In this document: positions 12,511-26,394 of the stretch, one piece after another | Layout of the letters: each line of letters starts with the position of its first letter | Position numbering within the stretch: the first letter of the stretch is position 1 | Assembly: GCA_951406725.2 (NCBI GenBank) | Contig: OX597837.1 | Location: 23,312,001-23,376,000, forward strand | From: Octopus vulgaris | Taxonomy: Eukaryota | Reading direction: 5' to 3' | DNA length: 64,000 bases | The notes under the pieces: generated by a model | What the model was told of the DNA's origin: nothing | What the model saw: the letters and a program-made list of their open reading frames with translations, nothing else | The model's database searches: none | Made by a program: the position numbers and the translations under genes

Positions 12511-12760
12511 GGAGGTGCATGGCTTAGTGGTTAGGGTGTCAGCATCATGATCGTAAGATTGTGGTTTCGATTCCTGGACTGGGTAACACGTTGTGTTCTT
12601 GAGCAAAACACATCATTTCACATTGCTGCAGTCCACCCAGCAGGCAAAAATGAGTAATGCTACGATGGACTGGCATCCCATCCAGCTGGGGAACACATAT
12701 GCCATTGAAACCGGGAAACTGGGCCCATGAGCCTAGCTAGGCTTTAAAAGGGCGCATTTA
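12511..12760 (+). mobile_element. tRNA-derived SINE related to family D
   Basis: TGGCTTAGTGG A-box, GTTTCGATTCC B-box, TGTGTTCTTGAGCAA box; sits in (ATT)n. Confidence 0.8.
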
Positions 12761-13649
12761 TTTATTATCATTATTTTATCATTATTATTATTATTATTAT
12801 AGACATGCTTTGTCTTCCATTAATGGAAATGGATTTTTTCATGTTTACCGAATGAAAGTTCCTTTTGCAGATTATGCTCAAGCAGGCAACCTTATGAAAG
12901 TACAAAGAGTATCCAGTTCCCTTGGGGTAGACAAAAAGTTTTGTCTTTTAAACATTTATCTAATTTTAAGGAATATTTGTTTATTCACAAATTCTTAAAG
13001 ATGAATTCTTCTTCATCTGTAGCCACGGTAAGAGGAGGTAATATCAAAAGAAAAGAAGCAGCACAGATCACAGTACCAAATATTTTTTAAAGAAATTGTT
13101 GAAAATTGTGAAAACAAAAACAGGCCTGTAAAAAATGACAAACACACATACTTTCATAATGTTCTCTAAAACACACACACACACACACATATATATGTAA
13201 AATTATGGCATTTAAACAAACAGATGCAATTACAAAGACAAACACAAACATTAGAAAAATATACAGAACATATACAAACACACTTGTAATGTAAACACAG
13301 ATGCTGATGATAGCCAAAACCAAAAAAAAAAAGAAAGGAAAAGTATTTTCACAATGCAAACAACAAAACAAAAACACCTTTACGATGTCTTGAGCCAAGA
13401 AGTTTTGAATATGAAATGTTTTCCTGGAAAATAAAAATTGCAAGAAAGCTATGATACAAAAAATTCAGCTTCTCTGCCTGATGATTTCATAGAAGAAAAG
13501 GCAAAGAAAAGAGCAACATAACCCTGGTTCTTAGAAAGTGGAAAGACTTTCAATCTGTTCGCAAGAGTGAAATTTCATAAATCTCTTGTCAATGAATTGG
13601 AGAAATGTTGGTTTTATGACAGGCAGGGTATCCAGTATTGTGTATGTGA

Positions 13650-13852
13650 TTAACCATCTAGCATTTAAAATGTCTAAATCTGGCCCAAATATTCTACATG
13701 TTTTATGTCCAAACTGGTCAGATCTGGCCTTTTGCACCTGTCCTACAATACCATTCTAAATCTTAAAGTTACAAGATAATGCATGAATAATTCAACACAG
13801 TGTGAATAAATAAGCATTATATTTAATGAACTAATCTGAGTGCCAAAGAGCT
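13650..13852 (+). mobile_element. piggyBac-like MITE, diverged
   Basis: Similar to 34733-34952; starts TTAACC. Confidence 0.6.
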
Positions 13853-14432
13853 AAGCAACAGGCTCAATCATGTTGAACAGCTGTTGTCACATGTAGGACA
13901 AGTTCAGCTATTAGCTGAGTCAATCATAAGGACTGTCTTGTGACGCTCACCTTTAACAAGTTAGGGCAGGTGACATACTCTGTCTGGTGGCTAAGGCAAA
14001 AATGTAAATTAGAATAATGAATATAAATAGCAACAGCAAAAATAACATAACCCCATTTCTTCAAGCACCACCAGCCAAATCTGTAGGGATAACAAAAACA
14101 ATATCTCTAGGCTCTACTGTGTTTAGATAGATGAGCAAAAACTTCATTTTCTAAGTGTACCAGCGTGTAGTACATTATTATCATATGATGGAGAAGAAAT
14201 AATTACTGATGAAAAATACAAGGAAAACGAGAGACAAAATCACTCATAGATAAATCTTAGCATTATGCAATGAAAACATGTGAGGAGGAGGAATTTCTTT
14301 GAAGCAATAATCAAATCTTTCCTCTTGGAAATAAAGAAGAAATGGCAGAGAACAAAGATGAACTAAGACTCACTATACTTTGAAAATCAAACAGAGTTAA
14401 TACACAAAATTAAGAAGACTGTCATATATATG

Positions 14433-14790
<358 letters not shown>

Positions 14791-14798
14791 TATATATA

Positions 14799-15102
14799 TT
14801 ACGGAGATGTACTTGCAGAGCAAGTGACTTCATCTGAGATTGTGTGCTAGAACGAAAATAATTGCAACGTAGAGGGTGTTTATAAGCCATTTAAGAAACA
14901 CACAAAATCTGTTAGACTTACTTCAACATTTAAATTTAATTTGTCAAAATATTTTCGGCACTTTGAGACTGCGACCTGTTCACTGATAAAACTCTGTGCT
15001 GCTCAGAAAATATTTTGACAAATTAAATTTAAATGTTGAAGTGAGTCTAACAGATTTTGTATGTTTCTTAAATGGCTTATAAACACCTTCCACACTGCAA
15101 TT

Positions 15103-15106
<4 letters not shown>
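14799..15106. mobile_element. Fold-back element with G3:C8 hammerhead (copy 1)
   Basis: Inverted arms; minus-strand HHR at 14940-14990 with decayed stem II; (TA)n flanks; same family as 34422 and 62497. Confidence 0.8.
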
Positions 15107-15145
<39 letters not shown>

Positions 15146-15147
<2 letters not shown>

Positions 15148-16213
15148 AGGTTGAGTAAAAAGTAAACAATGTTTTGAACCATGAAGAATTTATACTGGAT
15201 TTTTGCAGTTTTGAATTTTTTTATTTTAATATTTTTTTAACCTGTGTGATAATACAAACATATACTTGCCCAAATGCATCAATAAATTAATATTGATATT
15301 TTTCTCACTGTTGTTACAATCATTTGAAATGGAACTGTCAAAGCGCAATGTTCGAGCAATTTTACATTTCAACTTCAAAAAAGGACGTAAAGCAGCTGAA
15401 ACTACATGCAATATCAACGAAACATTTGGTGAGGAAATGACCAGTGGTCAGCTTGAAAATGGTTTCTACAATTTCGAAGTGGAGACCTGAGTGTTAAAGA
15501 CTGTGAGCATAGTGGATGCCCATTGGTCATTGATGATGGTAAATTAAAGACCATCATTGAGAAAGATCCTTGCAAAATCATTTGAGACCTGGCAAAAGAG
15601 CTTCAAGTTAGCCAGAAAACTGCACGCAACCGGAAATCCAAAAAAGCTTTACAGATGGGTACCACATGATTTGAAGGAAAATCAGAAAATGCAGATATGA
15701 AATTTGCCTTTCACTTCCACTATAACCTCTTAAAACCCAGAAAAACCATTACTGCAGAAACATATTGTCATGAAAATGCCAAAACAAAAAACTGCTACTC
15801 TTCCATCCCAGACTAGTCAAGAAAAGAGGGCAAATCATTCTTCGTGACAATGCTCAACCACACATTTCACTAATGACACTCCAGAAGTTGAGGGAACTTG
15901 GCTACGGAGTTCTTCCCAAACCCAACTCATTCCCCAGACCTTACTGCAACCGACTACCACTTTTTCAAGCACCTTGATGCTTTCCTGAAAGAGAGGAGTT
16001 TAAAAATCAAGCCAATACTGAAAGTGCATTCAAAGAGTTCATCAGCTTCAGAATTCCAGGTTTTTATGTTACCAGAATAAACAAACTTGTAACTTGTTAG
16101 CAAAAATGTATTGATTCTAATGGTATTTACTTTGATGAATAAAATTTCCACATTGTTGAAATATATTGTGATTTCATGTTACAAAAACGTTGTTTACTTT
16201 TTACTTAGCCTGA
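15146..16213 (+). mobile_element. Mariner transposon, internally deleted, pseudogenized (Hsmar1/cecropia-like)
   Basis: TIRs TCAGGTTGAGTAAAAAGTAAACAA / TTGTTTACTTTTTACTTAGCCTGA with TA TSD; peptides FKKGRKAAET, WVPHDL, DNAQPH, SPDLTATDYHFFKHLD from ATG 15329, with frameshifts. Confidence 0.95.
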
Positions 16214-16573
16214 TATATACCAGAAGCTTAGTCAGGTTCTAAAGCTAAGGAAGAGCAAACACATGACAAAAAGGCCCTCTGACACATGCGAAACAATTTT
16301 TAACCCATTTTTCTTATAATACGTGAAATATTTCATTACATTTCATTACATAATTGAATTTTACATTCATTAATTTCATGTTTCAGTAATAAAGTCATTT
16401 TGTATGAAGCTTATGACTACTGATTCTGGTAAGTAAAGAGTTAAAAAAATTGTCGTAAAGGTGCCAATTTTGAGAAATGTGCCTATGGGGAGTGGTCACT
16501 CTCCTTGCCCCCCCTGTTATCTGTACCGCTGATATATATGTATATGTATATACATACATATACATACTTATGC

Positions 16574-16673
<100 letters not shown>

Positions 16674-16689
16674 ACATACATATATATAT

Positions 16690-16734
<45 letters not shown>

Positions 16735-16737
<3 letters not shown>

Positions 16738-16934
16738 GCCATGATAGATCGTTAGCCACTACACACGTTTTTTTCTCTCCTTTTTTTTCTCTCCTTGTTT
16801 TTTCTGTGTCCCTTTCTGTAGAAGAGCGTAGGCTCAAAACGTAAAAGACTTTTTCTATTCCTGAGCATTATACTAATACATTTGTTTGTTTTGTACACCA
16901 CCTGTCTTCGTCTTTTGCCTTTTTCATAAACTCT

Positions 16935-16938
<4 letters not shown>
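16735..16938 (+). mobile_element. (TA)n-flanked short element with variant hammerhead-like fold
   Basis: Same family as 26392-26581 and 50291-50413; motif at 16812-16847. Confidence 0.75.
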
Positions 16939-16988
<50 letters not shown>

Positions 16989-17487
16989 AATTAATAGTTA
17001 TCGCCATACTAATATAGCATTCTTAAAAATAAGAATAAAGCTGTCACTGATTAGCTCCATGAAGCCATCGCCTCAAGCTAGCTACTTGACACACAAACTG
17101 CTTCCGTTATTAAACCTTCGAACAGGGAGGTCAGCCGCTTCAACCTGTTAGTCCGACAGCTACAGACATAGAATCTTCGAACGGTGACGGTCAGTAGCGA
17201 CACCTGCAGGTCTGACTACGCTGCATTGAGAAGGGGCAATAACCCTGAAACATGTCTGTAGCTGTCGGACTAGCAGGTTGAAGTGGCTGACCTCCCCTGT
17301 TCGAAGGTTTAATAACGGACGCAGTTTGTGTGTCAAGTAGCTAGCTTGAGGCGATGGCTTCATGGAGCTACTCAGTGACAGGTTTATTCTTATTTTTAAG
17401 AATGCCATATTAGTATGGCGATAACTATTAATTTCCAGAAACGCTGTCGTAATCTCTTTTAAAGAGACTTAGTAATTTTAATATTTC

Positions 17488-17490
<3 letters not shown>
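16989..17490. mobile_element. (TA)n-flanked fold-back element, ~180-bp arms
   Basis: Arms 16989-17169 and 17252-17433; HHR at the spacer/right-arm junction. Confidence 0.85.
17220..17262 (+). ncRNA. Minimal type I hammerhead ribozyme, U3:A8 core variant
   Basis: GCTGCA-TTGAGAA-GGGG CAATAA CCCT-GAAA-CATG-TC|TGTAGC; 6-bp stem I, palindromic helix III ACATGT. Confidence 0.75.
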
Positions 17491-17554
<64 letters not shown>

Positions 17555-17564
17555 TATATATATA

Positions 17565-17722
17565 TATTTGAAGGTTGTTTGTTATGGCTGGTCATTGGTT
17601 TCACACTTATAAGGCACTTAGCTGTATAAGTACAAAACCAATGGTCACTCTCTGACTGACCATAACAAACAACCTTCTAAATATTACTACTGTAATGTTT
17701 TAGAGCGTGCTTCTTTTCAGGA
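17565..17722. mobile_element. Short fold-back with 3' half of a hammerhead
   Basis: GAAGGTTGTTTGTTATGG / CCATAACAAACAACCTTC arms; consensus of arms gives GAAACCAATGGTC. Confidence 0.55.
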
Positions 17723-18165
17723 TATAAGAACTACTGAGTGATATATGCATATATATGTGTGTGTGTGTGTGTGCCTAGTGTGTGCATCCTTTAAATTCTG
17801 ATATGGTCTTCCATACATCATAAAATGTCTCTTTCCCTTTCCTTCACAGTATATTAATTTCCTTTTATTTTATATTCCACATTAAACACTTATAATACAG
17901 TGGTTTAGTTTGGGTAGTGAAACCGTAGCTTAGTGAACATTATATTATTGCGTTGTATTGTTGATACATATATATGTGTGTGTACATATGTATGCAGACA
18001 TGTGATATATATACAGTAATATACTGTGGGTATTCAAATCTGTTGTGCTAAACATTAAATGAATGAATAGTAGATAACAGTCATATTTAATATGAGATCA
18101 GAAATAGAAGTAATACATGTATAGATATGTAGTGTATTGTTGTAAATATACACCAGTCTGTTGAA

Positions 18166-18216
<51 letters not shown>

Positions 18217-18231
18217 GATAGATATATAAAT

Positions 18232-18299
<68 letters not shown>

Positions 18300-18310
18300 G
18301 TATAGGTATG

Positions 18311-18346
<36 letters not shown>

Positions 18347-19631
18347 CATACATACATACATACATATATTTGGATTGTGTGTATTTTGGAGTATTACTTG
18401 TTAATGGCTTATTATACAATGTAAAATGAATATAAGCAGCTAGCATACACCAGTTTTATATCAAAGTCACATGTATTGACAGTAAATACTTGCTAGATAC
18501 TTCTCCTATCAAAATAATTCTCAAATATTTCCAAATAGTTTAGAAATGTTCAGAATTTGAAAGTGGAGGCGAAAACAAAACCAAAATAAAGCAAAAACTG
18601 AAAACAAAAACCATAAAAATATGAAACCGCCAAACAAAGCCCGTCCTTCCTCTCTAGAAATTAGACATATTTTTTTGTAACTGTCAATATAGTATTGCAC
18701 GAAATAAAATCTAGTTAATTTGATATACAACAGACATTTATTTACCGTTTTCATTTTTTGTTTCTTGAATTCAAACTTGGACTTATCTTTCTTTTCTCTG
18801 GTTTGCTTCTTTACCTTCTGTTTCTGTTTTGTCAAACAAAATGTCTGCTTGTTAAATAGTATTCAATAACCTTCCTCCTTTAAATAGCAAACAACAAAAG
18901 ATACAGCAATAATAACTCCTGCAACAACAATAAAAACTAATGGAAAAACTCAGCTTTTCCTCTGCTGTTTGTTTCATTGAATTTGTTTCTCTCTATTTTT
19001 GTGTGTAATAAATTAGACATTGTTCGAAGATACGACTGAAAGTCTTCTGGCTCAGAGCAAAACAGAGGAATGGGCTATGTCAATCACACTGTTATGTTCA
19101 TCAAAGACAACAAAATTTGAGAAGAGAAGAAAGTTTCGATATTTTTCTACCTCCCACATGGGCTCCCTCTGCACAAACATTTCCTCCTTGAGTTTCAGAA
19201 TTAATGGCATACAAGAAGTGACTTTATAGCATTTTTGATTGGTACATTAAATTATTTTCTTATATTTTTATTGCAGACATCCCTTGCACTGCCAAGTGCA
19301 GTTCAGTGCAACTTAAGTAGTGCAATCTTTTGTTATGACCTCCCATTTCTATTGTATTCAAACTAACAATGTACCACCTTCTACTGCTATTTTCTCTGTA
19401 GTTGTAACTTCTTGGGTTTTGGTTAAATATGTTTTAAATCTTTCCCATCATACTTAGTATACTATGTACGTACTAATTGCTAACATAGTAGGACATGTTA
19501 TTGACTAAATGCTTTTAATATACTTGGTAGTATATTATGATTGAATAATGAAATGCGGTGTATCTACCAACAATTAATATATATGTATGTTAAACGATGA
19601 TGATGATGTGTCAGTTATCAAGAATGTATTT

Positions 19632-20808
19632 AATATATAAAATTGGTATATCCAGTTGTATTACACCACTAAATACTTTAGTGGTTACTTGAGCAATGTG
19701 TTTGTGGACGGCTTATGGGTAGAATGTGATACTGATGAAAATACAAGGATTCCTGAAATATATATATACATACACCCATTACCTATTCTTTCTACTGGCT
19801 CTAATTTCTATAGAAAATCTGAAGAGATAACTTAGTATAGTTGGAATGGCCTTCATTTTCAGTCCCCATGTTTTTGGCTATATCTAATATTTACTTCAAG
19901 ATCTGGATATATATTTTGACAAATTCTCTATTTCTTTTGGAAATACATTGTTGGACATTATGATCAATGCTTTGATTCAGAGGTTACTTCCTTTACTGGT
20001 TAACCTTGAAAACAACAACTGGTCAATTTTCATAGATTTCCTTGCCTGTATGGAACAACACACCCCAGACTATGATCTCTTTACCATTCTCTGAAATAGT
20101 TCCTGTTGGAATTCCATAATGCCAGCATAGTTTCCTGTATGTGATAGCACCCCCACCAACTCTGTCATACTTGGAGAAGAATTTTCTCTTGGCTAAACAG
20201 GACAGCCAGAAGCAATATGGTTGATTATAAACTTGTTACATACTCTTTTACTTGTTTCAGTCATGTGACTGTGGCCATGCTGGAGCACCGCCTTTAGTCG
20301 AGCAAATCGACCCCAGGACTTATTCTTTGTAAGCCTAGTACTTATTCTATCGGTCTCTTTTGCCGAACTGCTAAGTTATGGGGATGTAAACACACCAGCA
20401 TCGGTTGTCAAGCGATGTTGGGGGAACAAACGCAGACACACAAACATATACACACACATATATACACACATATATGATGGGCTTCTTTCAGTTTCCGTCT
20501 ACCAAATCCACTCACAAGGCTTTGGTTGGCCCGAAGCTATAGTAGAAGACACTTGCCCAAAGTGCCACACAGTGAGACTGAACCCGGAACCATGTGACTG
20601 GTAAGCAAGCTACTTACCACACAGCCACTCCTACGTCTATGCTCAAATATGTAAAATTGGTATATCCAGTTGTATTACACCACTAAATACTTTAGTCGTT
20701 ATTTGAGCAACGTGTTTGTGGATGGCTTATGGGTAGGATGTGATGCTGATGAAAATGCAAGGATTCCTGAAATATATATATACATACACCCATTACCTAT
20801 TCTTTCTA
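19632..20808 (+). repeat. 163-bp direct duplication (19632-19794 and 20646-20808)
   Basis: Two near-identical copies about 1 kb apart. Confidence 0.9.
20242..20640 (-). mobile_element. SINE family A
   Basis: Full-length reverse copy. Confidence 0.9.
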
Positions 20809-20811
20809 TCT

Positions 20812-21545
20812 TCAGTCACTGCATTTTGCCATGGAGAAAAATCTTTACTGTAGATAAAACAGTATAAACACACCAAGCTAGTTCAAAGCACCTTTTACCT
20901 AGATTAATGGATGACTGCATTTCGAAGTGCTTACCTTATTTTCAGCATCAAACATTGGAAATAGAGGTGACTGAATTGACTACAAGACCAGGATTCTCTT
21001 ATTAGATTTCACTATAGGGAGAATTTTTCTCCATGAAAAAATGTAGTGAATGACTATCTTATGGGTTTGTATATGTCTCAGGCATATTCAAACCACTGCT
21101 TTCACTTCCAATCGATATTTTACGATGGTCAGGCAGTTGGTTAACACCATCAATATATTTTGATTGGAATCTAGCCAAAGCGTGGCTGTAGTACTCTAGC
21201 TGGTCATCTGAACACAGCATATGCAGATCAACTCTCCAGAGACACTGGATGCCTCCCTGAAGACCTCCTTCAACTAAGGCAGGACTGAGATGGATGGCAT
21301 GTGTGGGTCAAAAATCTCTGAATAAGCTTGACCAGATTATAGTGATGATGATGACGATGACCGTTGTAGTCAGTTCAGAGTTGCCTCTATTTCCAGTGTT
21401 TGATACCGATGATGAGATAACTACTCCAAAATGCATGCTTCCATCGATCTAGGTAGAGGTCACACTGAATTGACCTGGTGTATTTGCATCTTTTTAGTCT
21501 ACAGCAAGAATTTTTCTCCGTAACAAAATGCAGAGAATGACCTCC
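20812..21545. repeat. Old inverted repeat pair (20812-20990 / 21362-21545)
   Basis: Diverged reverse-complement similarity; related sequence at 21010-21095 and 63320-63410. Confidence 0.55.
21130..21360 (+). mobile_element. RTE-like LINE 3' remnant
   Basis: AYADQLSRDTGCLPEDL...DGW; (GAT)n tail. Confidence 0.6.
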
Positions 21546-21759
21546 TTATGTTTGACTCTGTCTCAGACATATTCGGATTGGTAACAAGTTTATATTTATA
21601 TAAATTACTGTTTTGTGCTTCTGTCACAATATAGTCAATTATTTCTCCTCAATCGCTTCATACTCTGTGGTCATTTAATGTATACTGTATCTCCACAATC
21701 AAGAACCCTTCAGTCTCAATTTTTATTCCTGTACTTCATAAGCAGAGCTTTGTCTTTAA

Positions 21760-22372
21760 GGTGGTGAGCTGGCAGAAATTGTAGCATGCCGGGCGAAATG
21801 CTTAGCGGTATCTTGTCTGCCGTTACGTTCTGAGTTCAAATTCCGCAGAGGTCGACTTTGTCTTTCATCCTTTTGGGGTTGATAAAATAAGTACCAGTTA
21901 CGCACTGGAGTCGATGTAATCGACTTAATCCATTTGTCTGTCCTTGTTTGTCCCCTCTGTGTTTAGCCCTTTGTGGGTAGTAAAGAAATAGGTATTTCAT
22001 CTGCCATTATGTTCTGAGTTCAAATTCCGTCGAGGTCGACTTTGCCTTTCATCCTTTCGGGGTCGATAAATTAAGTACCATTTATGCACTGGGGTCGATA
22101 TAATCGACTTAATCCCATTATCCTTGTTTGTCCTCTCTATGTTCAGCCCCTTGTGGGCAATAAAGAAATAAGAAATGGTAGTACGCCAGGTGAAATGCTT
22201 AGTGGTATTTCATCTGTCTTTACATTCTGAGTTCAAATTCTGCTGAAGTCGAGTTTGCTTTTCATCCTTTCGGGGGGCAATAAATTAAGTGCCAGTTGCA
22301 TACTGGGGTCGATCTAATCAACTGGCCCCCTCCCCCAAAATTTCGGGCCTTGTGCCTAGAGTAGAAAAGAAT
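21760..22372 (+). mobile_element. SINE family B, three-unit composite
   Basis: CTGAGTTCAAATTC...TTTCATCCTT..GGGG core three times. Confidence 0.9.
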
Positions 22373-23024
22373 GTTTCTTTGTCTTTTTCCACCCTTTACA
22401 GTTCTTTTTCCAGCTATAGGCCATTCTCTTGCCATTGTTTTTACTAAACATTTCTTCCATGCAATTTTTATTGCTTCTCCTTCTTCCTCATAACTGTCCA
22501 TCACACCATCTTCTCTTTTCTAATTACTGGCTTCCTTGAAGGCAGAAGACAGTTGTTTCTTTCCTTCCTGTTTTTGAAACTATCTGTGTGTTTTTCATTG
22601 TTATTTATTAGATATTTTTCTTGTCCTACAGTAAATATTTTATAATAGATTTCTTGTTGCCTAACACCACCACTTTTTGTAATTCATTTCATAGTAAATA
22701 TAATCATTCTGTGTACAATTATGGTGTATTTATTCTCAATGTCACATTTATTTTTCTGGATTTTCTAAATGTTCTTTCTACTTCATCAAGGGTCCACTTA
22801 AGAATATTCTAGCAATATTTTATGACTGGAACAGCTGGAGCATTAATGCTTAGCTTTTGTCTTTTACTTGTTTCAGTCATTAGACTGTGGCCATGCTGAG
22901 GCACTACTTTGAAGGCTTTCACTCAAACAAAGGGGCCACAGCCTTGAAGGGTTTTCAGTCAAACAAATTTTTAAGCCTGGTACTTATTCTATAAGTCACT
23001 TTTACTAAACTGTTAAATTACTGA

Positions 23025-23507
23025 TTGAAATCAAATTCGATGACTGGCATCCATGCTAGTGGAGCGCTAAGAGTACCATACGAGTGAGATTGTTGCCAGA
23101 GCAAGAAGCTGACTTCCATGCTGATGGCACGTAAAAACACCATTCGAGCATGATCGTTACTTGTGTCACCTTACTAGTACTTGTGCTGGTGGCACGGGTT
23201 AAAATCATTCGAGTGAGGTCATTACCAGTGTCACTGGACTGGCTCCTGTGCAGGTGGCACATAAAAAACACCATTTAAGTGTGGTCGTTGCCAGTACCAC
23301 CTAACTGGCCCTCGTGCCGGTGGCACATAAAAGCACCCACAACACTCTCGGAGTGGTTGGTGTTAGGAAGGGCATCCAGCTGTAGAAACTCTGCCAGATC
23401 AGATTGGAGTCTGGTGCAGCTATCTGGTTCGCCAGACCTCAGTCAAATCATCCAACCTATTCTAGCATGGAAAGTGGACGTTAAACGATGATGATGATGA
23501 TGATGAT
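23025..23507 (+). mobile_element. Family C copy nested in a minus-strand family A SINE (22860-23785)
   Basis: GGCAC modules, AGGAAGGGCATCCAGCTGTAG, (ATG)n tail. Confidence 0.85.
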
Positions 23508-24860
23508 ATAAACAGGCCAACACCAGTTGTCAAGTATTGATAGGGGACAAACACAAAGTCAAAGACATGCAAACATACACACACACATATACACGTGCGC
23601 ACACACTCACATATGTATATAAAGGGCTTCTTTCAGTTACCATCTATTAAATCCACTCAAGAGGCTATGATTGGCCCAGGGCTATAGCAGAAAGCACTGG
23701 CCCAAATTGCCATGCAATAGGACTGAATCTGAAACCATGTGGTTGACGTGTAAGCTTCTTAACACACAGCGATGCTTGAACCTATTACTACCTATTACCT
23801 ATTACAATATTTATACATCTTGCATTTTTATAAATTTCAAGATCTTTGTGTTTTGCCAGTTTTTCCATTTCCATCTGGGTAACATTTTACTCAAAACAGA
23901 TTGTAATTTATGTAAAAGTTCAGAGGTTTTCATTTCAATTCTTGATAATCATATCTGGACAGAAGAGTGTTGTAATTCACTTGAAGCATTGTAGTACAGA
24001 AATAGAATAATAAATGAAAAGAGAAATGGGGGAAGCTTTAAACAATGCCGAGATCAAAGTTGTAAACCCTTTATATATTTTGGCACAAAGGCCCATCTGC
24101 AGAAGAGTACAGTCAAAGAAATATGTGTCAACGTGGATCCTGCCTTTTGGATAGCCTGATGGGCAGTGGCCCCGTTTTCATCTCATATTTTTCAATTTTC
24201 CTTTCTGCATTGTTAGAAGATTTCTCCATTTCCTTTTTCACGTACCATTCTACTTTCACTTCTGCACCATTTATCATGGTCTCCTATGACAGTCTTGTCA
24301 TGGGTTATTGGGACTGGGCTGTATGCTTAACAAACATCATCATCCTCATTGCCATCATCATCCTCATTGTTTTAATGTACACATTTCTTGGCTTGTTTGA
24401 ATCAGGTAGAATTCATTGAGGCAGATTTTCTATGGCCAGATACCCTTTCTGTAATCAACTATCACATGTTTTTAAACAAGGTTGCACTCCCCAGGACCAG
24501 ACAATGTTTGGGAGAAAAGTTAAAAATGAATGACACTGCTTACATCAGTGGTTCCCAACCTGGGATCTGCAGAGCATGGTGGTTCACAAAGGTAGTACTG
24601 GGGTCTGTGAACTAAATTCAAAATTTCCTATATATACATATACATAAGGATATTAAAAGAGGTCAATAGGAAAACTCCTTTAAATAAAAGGGGTTGGAAA
24701 CCACAGTTGGGAACCACTGTGAAAAGGGGGATGCTTGTTTACAGCTATAATGCAATGTCAAGGTGAGAAGGCACAAACCCATACTTGCACACACCCATAT
24801 ACATACATACATACATACATACATACATACATACATACATACATACATACATACATACAT

Positions 24861-25335
24861 AATGGTAGAAACTATAGCCATTCATAATGAAAAGGAATAC
24901 TGATGGAATGTATCAGTGAAGACCTCAATAAAATGTAAGCACAGCAGACCTGATATAATGATTTGGGAAAGAGAAGAGAAACAGTTGTGGAAATTAGCTG
25001 CCCAGCAGATGTTAACATAAAGCTGAAGATAAGTTAAAAAGAGAACACCTATGCTGAACTATTGAGAAATCTGCAGTTACTCTATCCAGATTACAAGTTC
25101 CGATTTATACCTGTAATTATTGGGGCTCTGGGATATGTAACACACTGCCTAAATACCAATCTTGAGAAATTAGGATACTCAAAACCAGAAAGGAGAAAGC
25201 TAATTCGAAGACTACAGATTCAATTCATCACTGGAGCTGTAAAAATCTGTAAAACTTCACAGAAGTTTATCATTTAAACATATATGAGTATGTCTAGATA
25301 TGTAACTATATGCATGAGAATACATACAAATCTGC

Positions 25336-25338
<3 letters not shown>
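24861..25338 (+). mobile_element. R4/Dong-clade LINE 3' fragment (restriction-like endonuclease) in (CATA)n
   Basis: KHSRPDIMIW...VEISCPAD...YAELLRNLQLLYPDYKFRFIPVIIGALG (RLE motif, with stops); CATA repeats on both sides. Confidence 0.85.
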
Positions 25339-25413
<75 letters not shown>

Positions 25414-25721
25414 ATAACAAGAACTTTTGGATGGAAATTCATAAAGCCTTTAATGCACTAGACCATCCCATAGAATTACAGTGATAGATGTGAACAATAA
25501 GTGGAAGCCGGAATAAATAGCATAGGAGCTTTTATGAGTGCACTCAAAAGCTTTTCACATAAACAAACTTAAAGGATATAGATATATATAGATAGTCAGA
25601 GCGATGATGTCTTGTCCTCATAAGTGATTATTATATCCAAATTTCACTGGTTTAATCACCAACACTGTTGAGGAAAGACTCTTCGATATGTATGGGTTCA
25701 TTATAAGTATAAATATTATTA

Positions 25722-25962
25722 AAAAGAGGAATGGAAAGTTGGTAAGAATGTAAAATTAATTTATTAATGTGCTTCCAAAATAAAGACAAAATAAAGTCAA
25801 ATAAAGCCTACATACGTTTCGATTCAGTACCATAAATAATTGCATAATTCAAAAATCGAAACGTATGTAGGCTTTCATTGAATTTATTTTGTCTTTATTT
25901 TGTAAGTATGTCAATAAATTAATCTTACATCCTTACCAACTCTTCACTCCTCTTCTATAATC
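25722..25962. mobile_element. Fold-back element with hammerhead 3' halves
   Basis: About 100-bp inverted arms, each reading ATCGAAACGTATGTAGG outward. Confidence 0.65.
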
Positions 25963-26271
25963 ATATGTATATATGCATGTATGTACGTACATATGTATGT
26001 ATATATGTATTATGTATGTATGTATGTATGTATGTATGTATGTATGTATGTATGTATGTATGTATATATGTTTTTATATTTTATCTAGTTTCAGCTCATG
26101 AGCTGTGGCCATGCTGGGGCATCCCCACTTTAACATGGGTATTCTCTAAGAGATGATGATACTGCAATTTTAACTCCAGGAAGACATCTACAGTTGGTTT
26201 ATTCAGTGCACTTTCCACACTCAATGTTTATTGAAAAGTGAGAGTAAACTCCTGCCATCATAACTTGAGAA

Positions 26272-26315
26272 CACCAGACATGTGATTTTGATCCTCTTTA
26301 ATCTCTTCAGTGGCG
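26272..26315 (-). ncRNA. Decayed canonical hammerhead (C3:G8)
   Basis: CGCCA-CTGAAGA-GAT..ATC-AAAA(expected GAAA)-TCACATG-TC|TGGTG. Confidence 0.55.
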
Positions 26316-26344
26316 GGCACTCATTTTCCCTGCATGGCAGTAGT

Positions 26345-26391
<47 letters not shown>

Positions 26392-26394
<3 letters not shown>

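Noticed and set aside
25525-25560. GAAAAGCTTT palindrome on the minus strand
   Set aside because: No stem II or core upstream.
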